Below are positions 24,771 through 38,859 of a stretch of 64,000 bases of DNA, in pieces (the first letter of the stretch is position 1; each line of letters opens with the position of its first letter). The notes beneath the pieces were generated by a model, which was not told the DNA's origin, did no database searches, and saw only the letters and a program-made list of their open reading frames with translations. Position numbers and translations under genes: made by a program. Location of the stretch: positions 16,120,001 through 16,184,000 of the forward strand of contig CM126224.1 of assembly GCA_052327205.1 (NCBI GenBank). Direction: 5' to 3'. The stretch comes from Somniosus microcephalus (taxonomy: Eukaryota).

Positions 24771-25788
24771 TACCCAAGCAGTTTTTATATTAATTTTTTT
24801 ACCATTGAATTCTTAGAGGTTTTCCATTTTTATTTTGTTTTCCTTGGCTTCTCCCTTGTAACATTGAGCCAGAAGTCATTTGAGTTTTAGATTTTCTACA
24901 TTCTTGAGTCCTTTGCAAACCACTCACTTTAGCCAGAGGAATCTGTTCCTCTGAGAGTTCAGTTCATGATACAGGCATGTAGTAACTATTCTTTCTATCC
25001 TGAAGATTCTTCAACTATTGCCATCAGCGCTTATTTAAAATCGAAGTCTAATTTATATGTGAGATGCTGAATAGTGTTTCCACATGATCTTCACCTGGAT
25101 ATAAATCATCATGTCATTTGATCTTGTGACACCCAGGATCAGAGTCAGAATCATATTTATTGCTCCCTCTAGGCTATATTTTGTGGGTGGTTTAAAAACA
25201 TAGCTGGGAGAGAATTTTTGCTGTTACTCCCACTCAAACATGTTTGTTCTATACACTTTTTGTTTTTTTCCCACCGGATACTGGGTATAAAAAAAAAAAA
25301 AAGTTTTTTGTGTGAATAAGAACCTCTACGGGTACCTGTCACCGATGGTGCTTCCCTTCACATAATTAGATTTTACCACAAAGCACACGCCCTGTGAGGA
25401 CATGGATTCATAGCTGTATGTTGATTTTCCTTATGACATTACAAGTGATGTATGTTAGAGCCATTGCCTTCTGTTTTGAAACAAAAAAGAATCCTGGCAT
25501 ATCTACTGAAGTATAATTTACAGAAGTTGAGGTGTGCATGTTTTGCAGAACTGTAACTACTTTTGCATGAGCTTTCTATCAAAATATTCTTGTTCTCATT
25601 TCACCCCATTCTTTCTATTGTTTATCTTGAATGCAATGTTTTCTTTTACCTTAATGTATCAATGGTTTTTTTTTTGCAATATCATGGCTTAAATATTTTT
25701 GTTCATGTGCTTTTGTGGTTCTTATTTCTGTTCGCTTTTTTCTCCTTTTTTTATTTTCCCTTTTTACTTATCCATCTCTTACTCGTAG

Positions 25789-26025
<237 letters not shown>

Positions 26026-26030
26026 TAAAG

Positions 26031-26062
26031 TGTGTGTGTGTGTGTGTATATATTATATATAT
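26031..26062. repeat. (TG)8 plus TA-rich microsatellite
   Basis: Directly visible. Confidence 0.9.
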
Positions 26063-26239
26063 GTTCCTGGCTGAAATTGTAGAGCACTTTGCAGCTAGCA
26101 AATTATGTCCTTTTTTCTTCTCTGTACTACAATGCTTAAAAATGTGCAGAAATGCAACTTAAGTTTTGAAATACCTTTTGAAAGAGTTTCTAAAAGACTG
26201 TTATTAATTTGTTAATCTAACAATTTTACACTGCCAGAA

Positions 26240-26540
26240 TGTTCAGTAACCAGAGGACATACATTTAAGGTCATTGGCAAAAGAGCCAGAAATGAGATGA
26301 GAATTATTTTTACACAGCAAGTTGTTATGATTTGGAATACTCTACCTGAAAGGGTGGTGGAAGCAGATTCAATAGTAACTTACAAAAAGGAATTGGATAA
26401 ATACTTGAAGGGGAGAAAATAGCAGGATAATGGGGAAAGAGCAGGGGAGCGGGACTAATCGGATAGCTCTTTCAAAGAGCCAGCACAGGCACCGTGGGCC
26501 GAATGGCCTCCTTTTGTGCTGTAACATTTATGACTCTATG
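26240..26540 (+). mobile_element. CR1 LINE 3' end
   Basis: TRGHTFKVIGK and IWNTLPERVVEA motifs; tail gggccgaatggcctcc. Confidence 0.85.
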
Positions 26541-26759
26541 ACCCGAGTGTTGCATTTAATTGATATGGTTATTGGGACAAAATTAAAAGCAATCTTCAAT
26601 CTTTTTTTTTAAAAAAACAGTGCCAGTAACAAACTTTACTGTAGCTTACTTAGTATAGTGGTTACTATAAGGAGCTCCCTCTCTGCTGTGCTGATAGCTA
26701 AGATAAGTGATGGGGGGTTGCTATACTTGGCCTTAATGTCATGGGCTAGAAAGGGGGGA

Positions 26760-27719
26760 AAAGGCGCGATTCCCACTCCTGCTCGCTTTCAAATGTTCTC
26801 TGCTGGAATATTCTTTCATTTAATAAGGACACTATTTGCTTTAACTTGGCTGCATCTCGTGATCAAATAGCCTGTTAACACAGAGGCCGCGATTTTGTAA
26901 ATGGATGCAGCTTGGGAGCGGGTCAGCTGGTTTCCGGTTTCCAGTCCCGCCCCCAACTGCATCCGGCCCACGGACGTGATTTTCCCTTGATTGACCTTGT
27001 TAAGCCTGCCCTGCAGGCTTGCCGGCCAATTAAGAGGAAGCCGGTCAGATGATGTCGCGTCATTTGCTGGTTTTCTTAAAGGGACCATGCACAATTTTTT
27101 TTGACAGCTCATTTCTCAGTATTTGACAGCATTGAGGTACTGCAAACACTGACAATCACTGTACAAAGGTGAGCTCTTGCACCCAGGCTCTCCAGTGACT
27201 CCCTCCTTATTCTAGAACAGATGGCAGCTGCAGGTGAGGTTACAGAAGCAATGTGTCACTGGTGAGAGGTTCTCCCAATGAGGTGGGACTAGACATCCAA
27301 TTCAAAACTTATTACCTGCAGAAAAGTGTAAATACATTAAAAATGATTTTTCCGACATTTTCTTACCTCTGAAACTCACCAGTGCAGCTGTCATCAATGC
27401 AGAAACATTACACCAGACTCTCAACATGCCACACTTACCTGGCGTGGTGTCCGGACGTCGGGAACCCCGAGGCAGAAGCAGCAAAATTGAAAAAGAGCCT
27501 GTTAACAACTATCAAGAACCTGTTAACAGGCAGGTAAGTGGCTTTAATCCTCTTCCCGCCGCTAGGTGTCGGGTCCATGCGCAAATCGGGGACCCGACAC
27601 TTGGGAAGATTGATTGGAGGCGGATTGACGGCGGGTTTCCTACCCACTGTCAATCTTTACGATTTTGACAGCGGTCCTGCCTCCAAACCCACACTCTAAG
27701 CGCTGGCAAAATTCTGGCC
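26760..27719. mobile_element. GC-rich Harbinger-type MITE remnant (left end not resolved)
   Basis: Right end aaaattctggcc resembles the TIRs of the other MITEs, and internal motifs (caggtaagtggcttta) are shared with 45278-46673. Confidence 0.5.
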
Positions 27720-28085
27720 TTAGTGTCTAGGTTCAAGTGAAAAATGGGAATTTGGGCAAGGTAACAGTGGGCTTCTGTCTCTCATGGAACTATATTCCAC
27801 GATGAGTCAGCACCTTCAGGAGAGGAAAATACTTTGGGGTGGGTGAGTATTATTACAAAGCACATTAAAACCATTTTAGTGGAAGGAAATTGATTCAGTC
27901 TTTCATTAACTTGCTAGAAATCAGATTAAATTGCTAGAAATCAGTATAAAAATGTTTAATACAAAACCAAAATGCAAGTTACAGAAGAACTAGATGCTGC
28001 ATTTCTCCCATGAACATCTGTAGGAGATTTAAATCCTCTGTGCTCTGTTCAAAGGGGTTACATCCAATAACAAAAGGAAACACTT

Positions 28086-28166
28086 ATGATACACACACAA
28101 TGTTTCTTCTACATGATACACACACAATGTTTCTTCTACATGATACACACACAATGTTTCTTCTAC
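28086..28166. repeat. Perfect 27-bp tandem triplication
   Basis: atgatacacacacaatgtttcttctac at 28086, 28113 and 28140. Confidence 0.97.
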
Positions 28167-31100
28167 AGTATCATTAAAATATGTTGTATTCACACCATCA
28201 CTTCAGGCTTACAAATGCATTTTTGAGTGTGGCTATATTTTAACTGTCCCTTTATTGTGCCTTATCCACAATTCACACTTCTTGCAAAATACATATTGTC
28301 CTGCCAGATGCCATAAAGTGCATAATATTACACAGAACAGGCACCTTCCAGAATAAAGGAAATATTTTGAATAGAGTGGAATCATAACAAGGGGAGAATA
28401 AACTGAGGAATGTATTGAAAGCTTAAGTTGCATTTCGTGTTGTTTCCACAAAGGAAGTTTAGGACAAATTAAAGTAAATTTTTACTCATTTCTTTTGCTT
28501 TCAGTTAATTTCAGTGCCTTCATACAATCTGAAAAAGCTTTCTTTACACAGAGAATGAATTAATGTAAAAGTATAAGTAAACTTAGGCCACCGAATTATA
28601 CAGTGGTTGCATCATTATGCCTACATTTGTATGAACTTAATGGCACCACCTGGCCTCTTCCAAGGAATTTAGTATCTAGCAGTTTATAATGGTATAAGTT
28701 TTTTTTACCAGAATACTGAACATTGACTGAGCAAAGTGATTGGCAAAAGAACCTTTAGTTCATACTCGGTACTTGAAAGATAAAGCCAAAGTTTGGATTT
28801 TTGACAATTCCAAATTGTGCAGCTTTCAAATTGTGTTTTGATTGTATTGGAAATTTATTTTTTAAATGGTCTATTTATTTTTATAATTTTTCACCTTGTG
28901 CAAGAACTACATTTTCAGCGCTGTTCTAAAATGGCAGCTAACTTTACTCTGTTCCTTAGTCTTCGTTACAGTTACAACAACCTGTTTTTACAAGCTTCAT
29001 TTTTTTTTTGTAGCTATTCCATCAAGATCTTATTTCTAGCAAAATGCTAATGACATTTTCTAGTTTATCTACATCACAGTCGGTAGCCGGATTCGCCATT
29101 CTGTTCCATTTTTTATCATGATCTGTCTCAGTATCCATTTATTATCTGACAACATACCAGTGCAACACAGATAAAGAAACTATAAAAGAAAGGAGTTAAT
29201 TTTTCCAACAACTTGTGAAAAGAATTATGATACCCATGTGATTTGAATGTCGGAGCCCTGTACTGACTAAATTCAGAAATCACCTGAAGGGTGGTTGAGT
29301 CTGACTTGAAATAAACACACATGCACAGCAAGTATGCTGAAATATAGCCAATTCGTTACTCCCAGTTATGACTGACCGTTCATTTCACGTGAAATCACTG
29401 CAGGAGCGGACTGAAATTTGCCAATGTTGTTAATTAATTTCAAAACGTAACAAATTCCAATTCATAGAGCTTTATTTAATGGTCTAGAACCTTTTTCCAA
29501 TTACTTGCATTCTTTTGTGGGTCTGTTTCATTAACTGTTATTTTTATGAGTAGAAAAGAAAACGTGCAAATAAGAAGTGGCAGCTCCTGGCAAGATTCAC
29601 TGCAAAAATCAAACCGTTGGTGGGATCTCTTATTTTTCAGCGCTTGGGGAAAAAATAGAGCCCTAAGTAGTAACCGATGTTGCCAAACAACTCACTTCTT
29701 CAGTTAATGATGTCAGTATATTTTCAAGTACAGTTTGCTGTAAATTGGTTTATTTTTGCGAGAGCTATCGTATGAAAAATGCACTTGGCTTCAATTATGC
29801 AGCTTGCCACCTTTGCTATTGCATCGTGCAAAACATTAGAAATGGTTTAATTTTTAGAACTAAAAGGGAGATAAGAAATTACTGAAAATAAGGCAAATAG
29901 CTACTTTTCTTTTAATTGATAATTAATGGACCATTTAAAAAAATTGAACACAAGGGCCACTCCTTTGACATTTGTGTCCTAAGCTACCTTTCTAACACTA
30001 ATGTTTTAAATGTATGAACTTTTTAGTGCCTGGTGTATCTCTATGGAAGTCAATGTCTGGATCTCTCTATGCGTAAAGTTGAAAATTATGTGTATATTTG
30101 TTTTTTGTTTTTGTTTGTTTTACATTTTTCCCTGTTTGATTTTACACATTCTACATAGCATTATATAATGGGATTTTTAGTTTAAAAAGAAAGACATTTT
30201 CTACATTTTGATTAGAGCATTTCAAACGTTTCGTAATATCCACAGTATCTAACTTGTAAAGAACATGAAAGGTGAAAATTAAGAGCTACAAAATATATTT
30301 CCTCAATCAAGGGTCTGCGCAGTGTTGAAATAAATCACTGCAAAATTTCTTTGGTACTGTCAGAAAAATCCACCAGCATATTTCCAGCTTGCAAACAGTA
30401 GTGGTGTATACAGATGCCATTATTTTAGCACAGTATACAGGTTAATTAGCAATATTGGCAATTACCCAACGTAAAAAGGTCAGCTACACAGTACAATGCA
30501 GCAAAAAAGCTTAATATAATGACCACTTAACTGGATCGTGCAGAAATCAATAATTCAGATCTCCGTATGAATTCTAACACAACCTGAATTCCATCCTGAA
30601 CACCCTCATATGCACAGTGTCTTTAAATTATAAGTGTAATAACAGGGTGGACGTTTGAATTGAATTATTTGTTGGTTGTAGAATTTTGATGGCTAATACC
30701 TATAGATAAAGTATAATTGAAATTGATAGACTCGTGGAAGGATTTATCATTTAAGTCTTATGGTAAGAAGCAAGTTAAAGGGACCAATGTCAGTGACATC
30801 ACAAACACTGAGGATCAATGTGTTCTTGTAAAGTACATTAAGGCATTAGCTGGATGTAGTATGTCAATCTGACTGCATTCCTAGCTCAAACAGACTGCCT
30901 GCATTTGCTGCAGGTATTCTTGAACCTAACCCAACTTGGCTCACTAAATATGCTGCGGTATCCTGCAAAGGTTTTAGCCTTCTACTCGGACTGTCCTATC
31001 TTCCAGTTTCCTAAATTATTCAGAATCCTTGCTCATACGATGAAAGGTTTATTTCTCGAACCCAGAAATAATTGCCTGCTGTGCACTGTTGCCTGAAAAT

Positions 31101-34100
31101 GCTTTGCAGAATTGTTAATCAGAGTTGTAATAGGACTGAGTTAAATGGCTTCTATCGAAGCTCTGAGTGCCACAGAGCATTACGGTCTGATTTTGGCTGT
31201 AACATCAGACCTGTGATAAATTTGTGGCCAACTGCATATGAACTTTATTCTGCATTTCTTGTTCTTGCAAGTGTTTTACCTTTACAACAATCACTACATT
31301 TGAAAAGTAGTTTATTATGTGAAAAGTTTTGAGCTGTTTTGGCTAATAAAGCTCCATAGAAAGGGAAATAATTTTTTTTAACTTTTACAACTAGGGAAAT
31401 TACTGCACAAACATTTGGTTCCAAAACAACTGTCTGGAGATTCCTATTTTTGCTGTACCCTGAGCCTGTATTTTACTTCATACCTGCTGGAAATGGGTGA
31501 ATAGCCCCCCATCAAACTGGGCCAAATGCAAATGCTAAAATTGCTATCCTGCCCTGTAGCTCAATGGGAACATTAAGAATGTGGTTCAGTTGCAAGTTTC
31601 CCTTTCACATTGGAGGGGGGAGGACATTGAAAAGTCGAACTTATCTCTTTGTCTCTGGTTCTGTTAAACCAACCAAATTCAGATAACCTTAGACCACAGA
31701 ACATCTCTGTGATGTGAACAGAAGCTATAAAATCTCCATCCTTGATTGAGGAAATTTTGTATTTAAGGCCTACCCTGTATTTTACTAAATATATATAACA
31801 GGTAAAAGCTAGTTTTGAATTGCTGGCTGTTAACACAGATGTGTTCTTTCCCACAAACGCGCACCTCAGACTCGGTCTTTCTATTTTCACAAAGAACTGA
31901 TGAAGAGGACATTAGGGAAACCTACTTATGCATATGAGGCGAGGGAGTTTGTTGTAAGTCTGTGTATGGTGGCTTGCCATACATCCACCCCACAGTTATT
32001 AGCCTCACTTACACAAGCAGTTAAGTCATTTTTTATTTCGTTTCACACTATTAGAAGTGTATACTTAATTACAAATCTTAGAAATGCATAGCATTCAATA
32101 GACAGAACATACGTTACTATGAAATTTAAAACATTTTAAAATTTGTTAAAGGTGCAAAAGCTTATATGGCCTGCACTGGTTATAATGCAGAAAACATCAG
32201 GAATTCTACCCATCAAATCTCTGAAGAAACCTCACATGCTGAAGGAGCTATTGAGCCCTGTTGACAGTGCAGTTCACAAAAGAACAATGCATACTCTTAT
32301 CATAACTGGCTTCATTTTTATATTTATTTTGTTGAAAACTTTTTTGGTGCAAGTTTAATTTTGTTTATTTTTAGAAAGATTAATGACCCAAAATGTTGTT
32401 TTCTTGGATACTCTTTGATGAGTTAAAGTAAAATGTTTGTCAATATCTATTAATAGAGGTATATAATCAACGGAAACAGCTTGTGTAATGCAGTACTGGG
32501 TTGGGTCACAGTGGTATCACCAAAATATAGTTGATTTGAGATCAAATCTGAGAATTTAAATAACTAACAATCTCATCAGACAGTCAATATAAGGTATCAT
32601 ACTAAAATTGCAACATTTTGGCATAGTGCATTGGAACATCAGTGTGCAGCACTCTTGTAATAAGACAAGAGTTTGTGCCTCTGATCCTTCTCAAACTGAG
32701 TTCTCACTTTCGTCCAGAGACCAAGTGCTTTTCCACAGAAAAGAACTCCAGAAGAATCGCCGCTTTGTGCGTTTCCCAGCAGCAAGTCTCAGAATAGCAT
32801 TTTCAGAGATTAGGAACAGGTAGCTCCTTGGCTCGGGTTAACATGTGGCTTGTGGAGACCCAGGGAAGGAGAAAAATAACTCTCAACAATAATAAAATTC
32901 TCCTTTATATTATATTTGATTATTGCGTAAGCATTATCAACAGCTAGAACAGTCAGCCTGCTCAGACCAGACTGTAGTAAACCATTTTGAACTTGTTCCA
33001 GCTGCTATGAAACCTGACTCTGCATTTGCTAAATTCACCTGTAACATCCATCCCAACCAGCTAGACTGGCAGCCACGCCAACCCCGCACAAAAACCACAA
33101 GTGCTAGTAGTCTCAAAAATTGGCATGAAATCCTGCGATTGTTCATTTCTGAGATAGCTGCAAAGCATATTTATGCATGCTAAATATTTTTAGTCATAAA
33201 ATCCATTCTGACCAGTTCACTTTACTGTAAATGCTAATCTTGCTTGTCCACATGTCAGATAGTTCTCTACTTTACACTGCAAGATTGTTAATGACTCGCT
33301 TACACTAAATACCCACTAAAATTATAAATTACTGAAAACTTGTTAATTACAGATATGGTGTGGCTAGTTGACTGTTTCTAATTTAGTCTTCCGAAATCAA
33401 TAGAGAGTTACAGTGCCAGGAGGAAGCACAGTCTGATGCATCATTTAGCAGCTTTTTAACTAATTAGTTTGAGCTTGTAGCAAACAAAAATATAATATTA
33501 CAGATTTTAAGTTTTAATGCATTTTATATCTGGAATGTAGAAACTTATGAAAATGCAGTTGATTCTTTGTCAAATATTTCAACTTATAAAACCTCTTCCA
33601 ATCATTTCTTTGCCATAAATAGTGGCTTTAATTTCACACTTGTTGCAATGAGGTATTTGATGGTTTTCAGAAAATATTTCTCCTGACCACTTGTATGCAA
33701 CAAACATGTGTTGAAGAAAGGGAAAATTAGAATTTAAATCAAAACTGAAATGTCCATGACACGTTTAATGTGAGATATGTACCTTCACTAGTTTGTGTAT
33801 ATGGTTTTTAAAAAAAACTACAGTTCACAATAGTGGCTGCTACTATGATATTTTCCTAGCAAAAGATTGACATGAATTCTCGCGTGCCCTCAGTTGTTGA
33901 GGATTATGATATATAAGTCCAAATGGTAGCAGTTGCTGCCCCTTTTTCCTTGTTCTGAAAGCACGTTAGCACACCTGATAATGCATTCATTTGTGCTAAG
34001 GTCTGTTGACACACATTAAAATGGTGGTATGCTCTATGTTCATCAACATAGGTGAAACCACTTTATATATCTTAGACAGTAGTTTCATGTATATGAAGGA

Positions 34101-34194
34101 ACAAAGATCTAAACTACCAAATTTAAAATAAAAATCAGGTATTATAGAAAGGCAGGTATGAAAGAAAAAGGGATGTGAAGAGGTAAAAGAAAGG

Positions 34195-34555
34195 AACGTA
34201 GACTTTACAGCACAGAAACAGGCCATTCGCCCAACTTGTCTATACCAATGTTTATGTTCCACACGCGTCTCCTCCTGCCTTACTTTATCTAACACCATCA
34301 ACATATCCTATTCCTTTCTCCCTCTTGTACTTATCTAGCTTCCCTTTCAATGCGTCTATGCTATTCGCCTCAACTACTCCCTGTGGCAGCGAGTTCCACA
34401 TTCTAACCACTCTCTGGGCGTAGAAGTTTCTTCTAAATTCCCATTGAATTTATTAGCGACTCTCTGATATTTATGGCCCCTAGTTTTGTACTCCCCACAA
34501 GTAGAAACATCTCTACATCTACCCTATCAAACCCCTTCATAATTTTAAAGATCTT
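34195..34555 (-). mobile_element. CR1 LINE 3' end
   Basis: Same subfamily tail as 6640-7070 and 22880-23640. Confidence 0.85.
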
Positions 34556-36513
34556 ATTGAAGAAGGGACCTCGCTCCCTACTGTAAATCTGGACGAGTAA
34601 TCATTTGTTACGAGAAATGAATGGTATCGTTTTGGAGACACATAATTTAAATTTCTGAATTTCCCACTAACCCCACCCCCGCAAAGTCCTCAAATATTCG
34701 GACTGTTGTTTAAAAATGCTCCAGTTGGGCCCGTGCATGTGCTTGTGTGTGTTGTATTTTGTGAGGTAAAATGACCATTGCACTGCACAGTCTGTTCCAG
34801 GGTAACGTTAACCTTGATGAGCATGGGCGTGCCACCAGTAACTTGAAGCTCCTGGTTTGAGAGTGGGCTGCAACACGAGATGAGGCAGAAATAGTTAACT
34901 GACAAATGAAGAGATATGGGGAGATACCAAAGGCTGGTCTGAGCAGGATCATCTTGTATCAGTTTTGCTTGCACCTAGAATACTATACTTTTTTAAAATC
35001 TCAATTAACCAAAGTCCAGAAGGCAACAGCGCAGAACAAATGGCAGGGTTTTGCTGTTCAGTTGAATTAATTATTTTCAAAGCCAGTTGATTTTGCTGGT
35101 GGAAAATATCAAATAAAATTTGCAGATCAGTCCCAGCAATGCAAGGACACAATAACAGTAAATGCAGAGATTGCTTTCTTCTCTGGTATCACCAGAGCGC
35201 TTTCTTTGCAGCAGTTAACCTCATCATTATTGCTAATAGGCAAATGTTGCACAAAATGTAAAATAAAAAAAACATTAAAGCTGCAAAACTAAACTAAAAT
35301 GCACCATGAACATGTTGTATCTCTAAGAAGAATTTTGAAGAGATCTCTATATCCAAACTCTTTTTTAAATAAAGTTTTAATTCTAGCTCAAGCATGAACA
35401 ATTTACTGCAACAAGGTAAATCTATTTGTGTAAGTGGGGTTACTGACTGGAATTCACAATAACACATGGACTTGCTGCTTCATTGTTATGTGTTATTGCA
35501 TCTTGTGGCTCCAGATCCCATCATAATTATCTGTAGAGTAGATGCTTGCTAAAGCTATACTGAGAAGCTGATGCAGGCTGAGTACAATAAACCATAAGGC
35601 TGTGATTTTGTGTTTCTCATTGTTGGTTGTTGAAAGCTATAAGATCATTCTTGCTTGTTAGAAGATTAACTATTTAAAGAAACTAAACCTAAATCAGTGT
35701 TGTATTAAATTAATGTTCCCAGGTAATGGTCTCATTAGCATGCTTTCATAGCGAAAAAACTGTATTAAAATGTATATGTGCATATTTTTTAAATGGTTGA
35801 ACATGCTGGTGGTGTAACATGCTGCACTATACTATGGTAGGACATAGACTCACCTCTTTGAATGCCTGTGTTTTTAAAATGCCCATCTCAACCATGTTGT
35901 ACTTAGTGGTATTGAACAGAGGATAGTCGCTTTCCCACAGGCAAGAGTGGAAAATAGGCAAGTCACCTTGGGACTCAGCTACACACCTTGCAGCTGGGGA
36001 CTTAGTGACTATGCCTTCTATATACCAGGGAATAGGGCGTGGAGGATCTAAAGAGGGGGAGAAAAAAAGAAAAAATCTAACTTTCTCTTTCAATTAAAAA
36101 CACTTACTTTAAGACCTTTTATAAATTTTAGACGGTTAATGTAAAACATTAGAAAATAAATCCTCAGCGAATCTCTACCCTGACAAAAATCTTGTAAATC
36201 TTGCCACATTGATCATTGGTTTAGATTTGAATAACCAGTCAGATGATGAGGACCAAAAATGCAGCTTTTTCATTGTGTTTCGTCCTCTTCTCAAGGCATT
36301 GATTCTTGGCTGAGGGAGGGAAATCCAGAGCTTAGGGCCTTGGCAGCTGAAGTCACGGCCACCAATGGTGGAGCGATTAAAATTGAGGATGCTCAAGAGG
36401 CCAGAATTAGAGGAGCATGTCCTACAACTGAATTATAGAGAAGAAAAATCCGCTTTTTGCTTGGTGTTATTCAGTGACCCCAGATGGAAAGTGTACATGT
36501 TCAGATGTTGAGA

Positions 36514-36868
36514 TGTCCCTATCTCTGTAACCCCATTCAGCCCCACAACCGCCCCCACCCCGAGATATCTGCGCTCCTCTAATTCTGCACTCTTGAGCAG
36601 CCCTGATTATAATCGCTCAACCTTTGGTGGCCGTGCCTTCTGTTGCCTAGGCCATAAGCTCTGGAATTCCCTGTCTAAACCCCTCTACCTCTCTTTCCTC
36701 CTTTAAGACGCTCCTTAAAACCTACCACTTTGACCAAGCTTTTGGTCACCTGCCCTAATTTCTCTTTATGTGGCTTGGTGTCACATTTTTTGGTCTTAAT
36801 ACTCCTGTGAAGCGCCTTGGGACGTTTTACTACGTTAAAGGCGTTCTATAAAGACAAGTTGTTGTTGT
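36514..36868 (+). mobile_element. L2 LINE 3' end
   Basis: GGRAFCCLGHKLWNSL motif; tail cttgggacgttttactacgttaaaggcg...gttgttgttgt. Confidence 0.85.
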
Positions 36869-37438
36869 ATGTTGGTCACCCCTCTAGTACCTCGCCCAAA
36901 TGAACATTGAGCTTCATACTGAATCACTAACAGCCTAATGCAACAACTTGCATTTATATAGCACCTTTAAAATAGTAGAATGTCCCATGGTGCTTCACAG
37001 GAGTGAATATCAAACAAAAGTTGACACTGAGCCAAAATAAGGAGCTATCAGGACAGGTGACAGCAGGCTGTTGGATTGTGGAGGTCCGCACAGCCAAGCC
37101 CAAACTATCCTCACCCGATATAAGAGGAGCACGACATCCTCCTTAGCCCAAGGGTAGTGAGGCTAATTGTAGCATACCTATTACTGCCCCAGCTGAGACT
37201 AGCATAGCCCTGAATCCCACATATAGCTTTCCTATTTGGATATTGTATATAAATACATCAATTTAGAAGGCATTTTGTTGAGTTATATCAATCTTTAATT
37301 CTCAGTAAACAATACTTTACAATATAAGCATGTTAATTGAGTGATTTATCACAATACAAAAATAACAAAATTGAGAAAGCTAATGTACATTGAGCTACTG
37401 CTTGTTTTTGAGTTGGGAAGTTGAATGTATTTCATGTG

Positions 37439-37720
37439 AACAACAACAACTTGTATTTATATAGCACCTTTAATGTAGTAAAATGTCCCAAGGCGCTTCA
37501 CAGGAGTGTTATAAAACAAAATTTGACGCTGAGCCACATAGGAGATATTAGGGCAGAAGACCAAAAGCTTGGTCAAAGTGCGTCTTAAAGGAGGAAAGAG
37601 AGGCAGAGAGGTTGAGGGAAGGAAATCCAGAGCTTAGGGTCTTGACAGCTGAAGACCCGGCCACCAATGGTGGAGCGATTAAAATTGAGGAAAGTCAAGA
37701 GGCCAGAATTAGAGGAGCAT
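37439..37720 (-). mobile_element. L2 LINE 3' end
   Basis: aacaacaacaacttgtatttatatagcaccttt is the reverse complement of the L2 tail. Another short tail lies at about 36940-37060. Confidence 0.85.
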
Positions 37721-38859
37721 GTCCTACAACTGAATTATAGAGAAGAAAAATCAGCCTTTTTCTTATCGTTGTCCAGTGACCCCAGATGGAAAGTGTACAT
37801 GTTCAGATGTTGAGAACAGCTCTAGGCTGTGATGTCACCCATACTCAACTACCTGCTGCTATTCACTGTCTAGGCTCACAGATGAAGTATGCCACTTGTG
37901 TCAGTTACAAGGGGAACAGTGGGGTCGTGGAACCAGGCCCCAGCATGATTTAGGGCTTCAGGAGAGGAGTGAAAAAATTGAGAGAAACAATCTGCTTCAC
38001 TGATTTCTGTATCCTATTCATACATTCTGCACTTGTTTCAACGCAAAAGAAAAATGCCATTTTTTTTGGTCAGTTTCTGGAGTTTTTTTGGGAGGGTGTG
38101 ATTTGGACTTAGGCTGTTAGTGATTCAGTATGAAGCTCATGGAGTGACTATTCTGGACTAGTAGCACAGAAGTCTTCTGTCAGTCATAAGTATGTTATGT
38201 GGAATGTGTTTTGACAATCACCTCAGCTGCTAGTGGGTCCTAGTCCATAATGCAGTGCAAATTGGAACTAAATTCTGAATCTCATGGAGACACCATAGTA
38301 TGGTTGATGTGGAAATTGAAAAATATACTGATGTGAAGCAAGAGTATTCTTCTTCAAGAAACACACTGCATACCTCGCACATTCTATTTTAAATCTGGCC
38401 CAATAGAGGCACTGGTTATGAGCGCAATGCCACCAGGATAAATACCAATGAATGCCCCCTCAAAAGGAGGGTACCACGAATACTAATGAGGCTGGGTAGA
38501 GATACATTATTGATGCTTTACTCTGCATTTAGCTTGCTGTATCTGACCTGGGAATAGTTGATACTATCACTGCATGCTTAAAGTGGAAAGTTTAATTTCC
38601 CAGCTTTAATATCCCACTCTTTGGAAGAGCAGAAAAAAAATCATAAACATAAATTTAAGAGGGGAGGGGGACATGGAGAAAAGATGGTGTGTGAAGAAGC
38701 CTTGCCTGTGTTTTATATGAAGAAGTAGATGTCATTGGCACAAGTGTTTTTCTGTTATGTTAGGAACATTTTATATGCATGGATTAGAGGTAATTTGGAC
38801 TTGGGTCAAATATTAAAGATTTGTGGGCAGCTGAGCTAAGCAGCTGAGCTAAGCTCATG

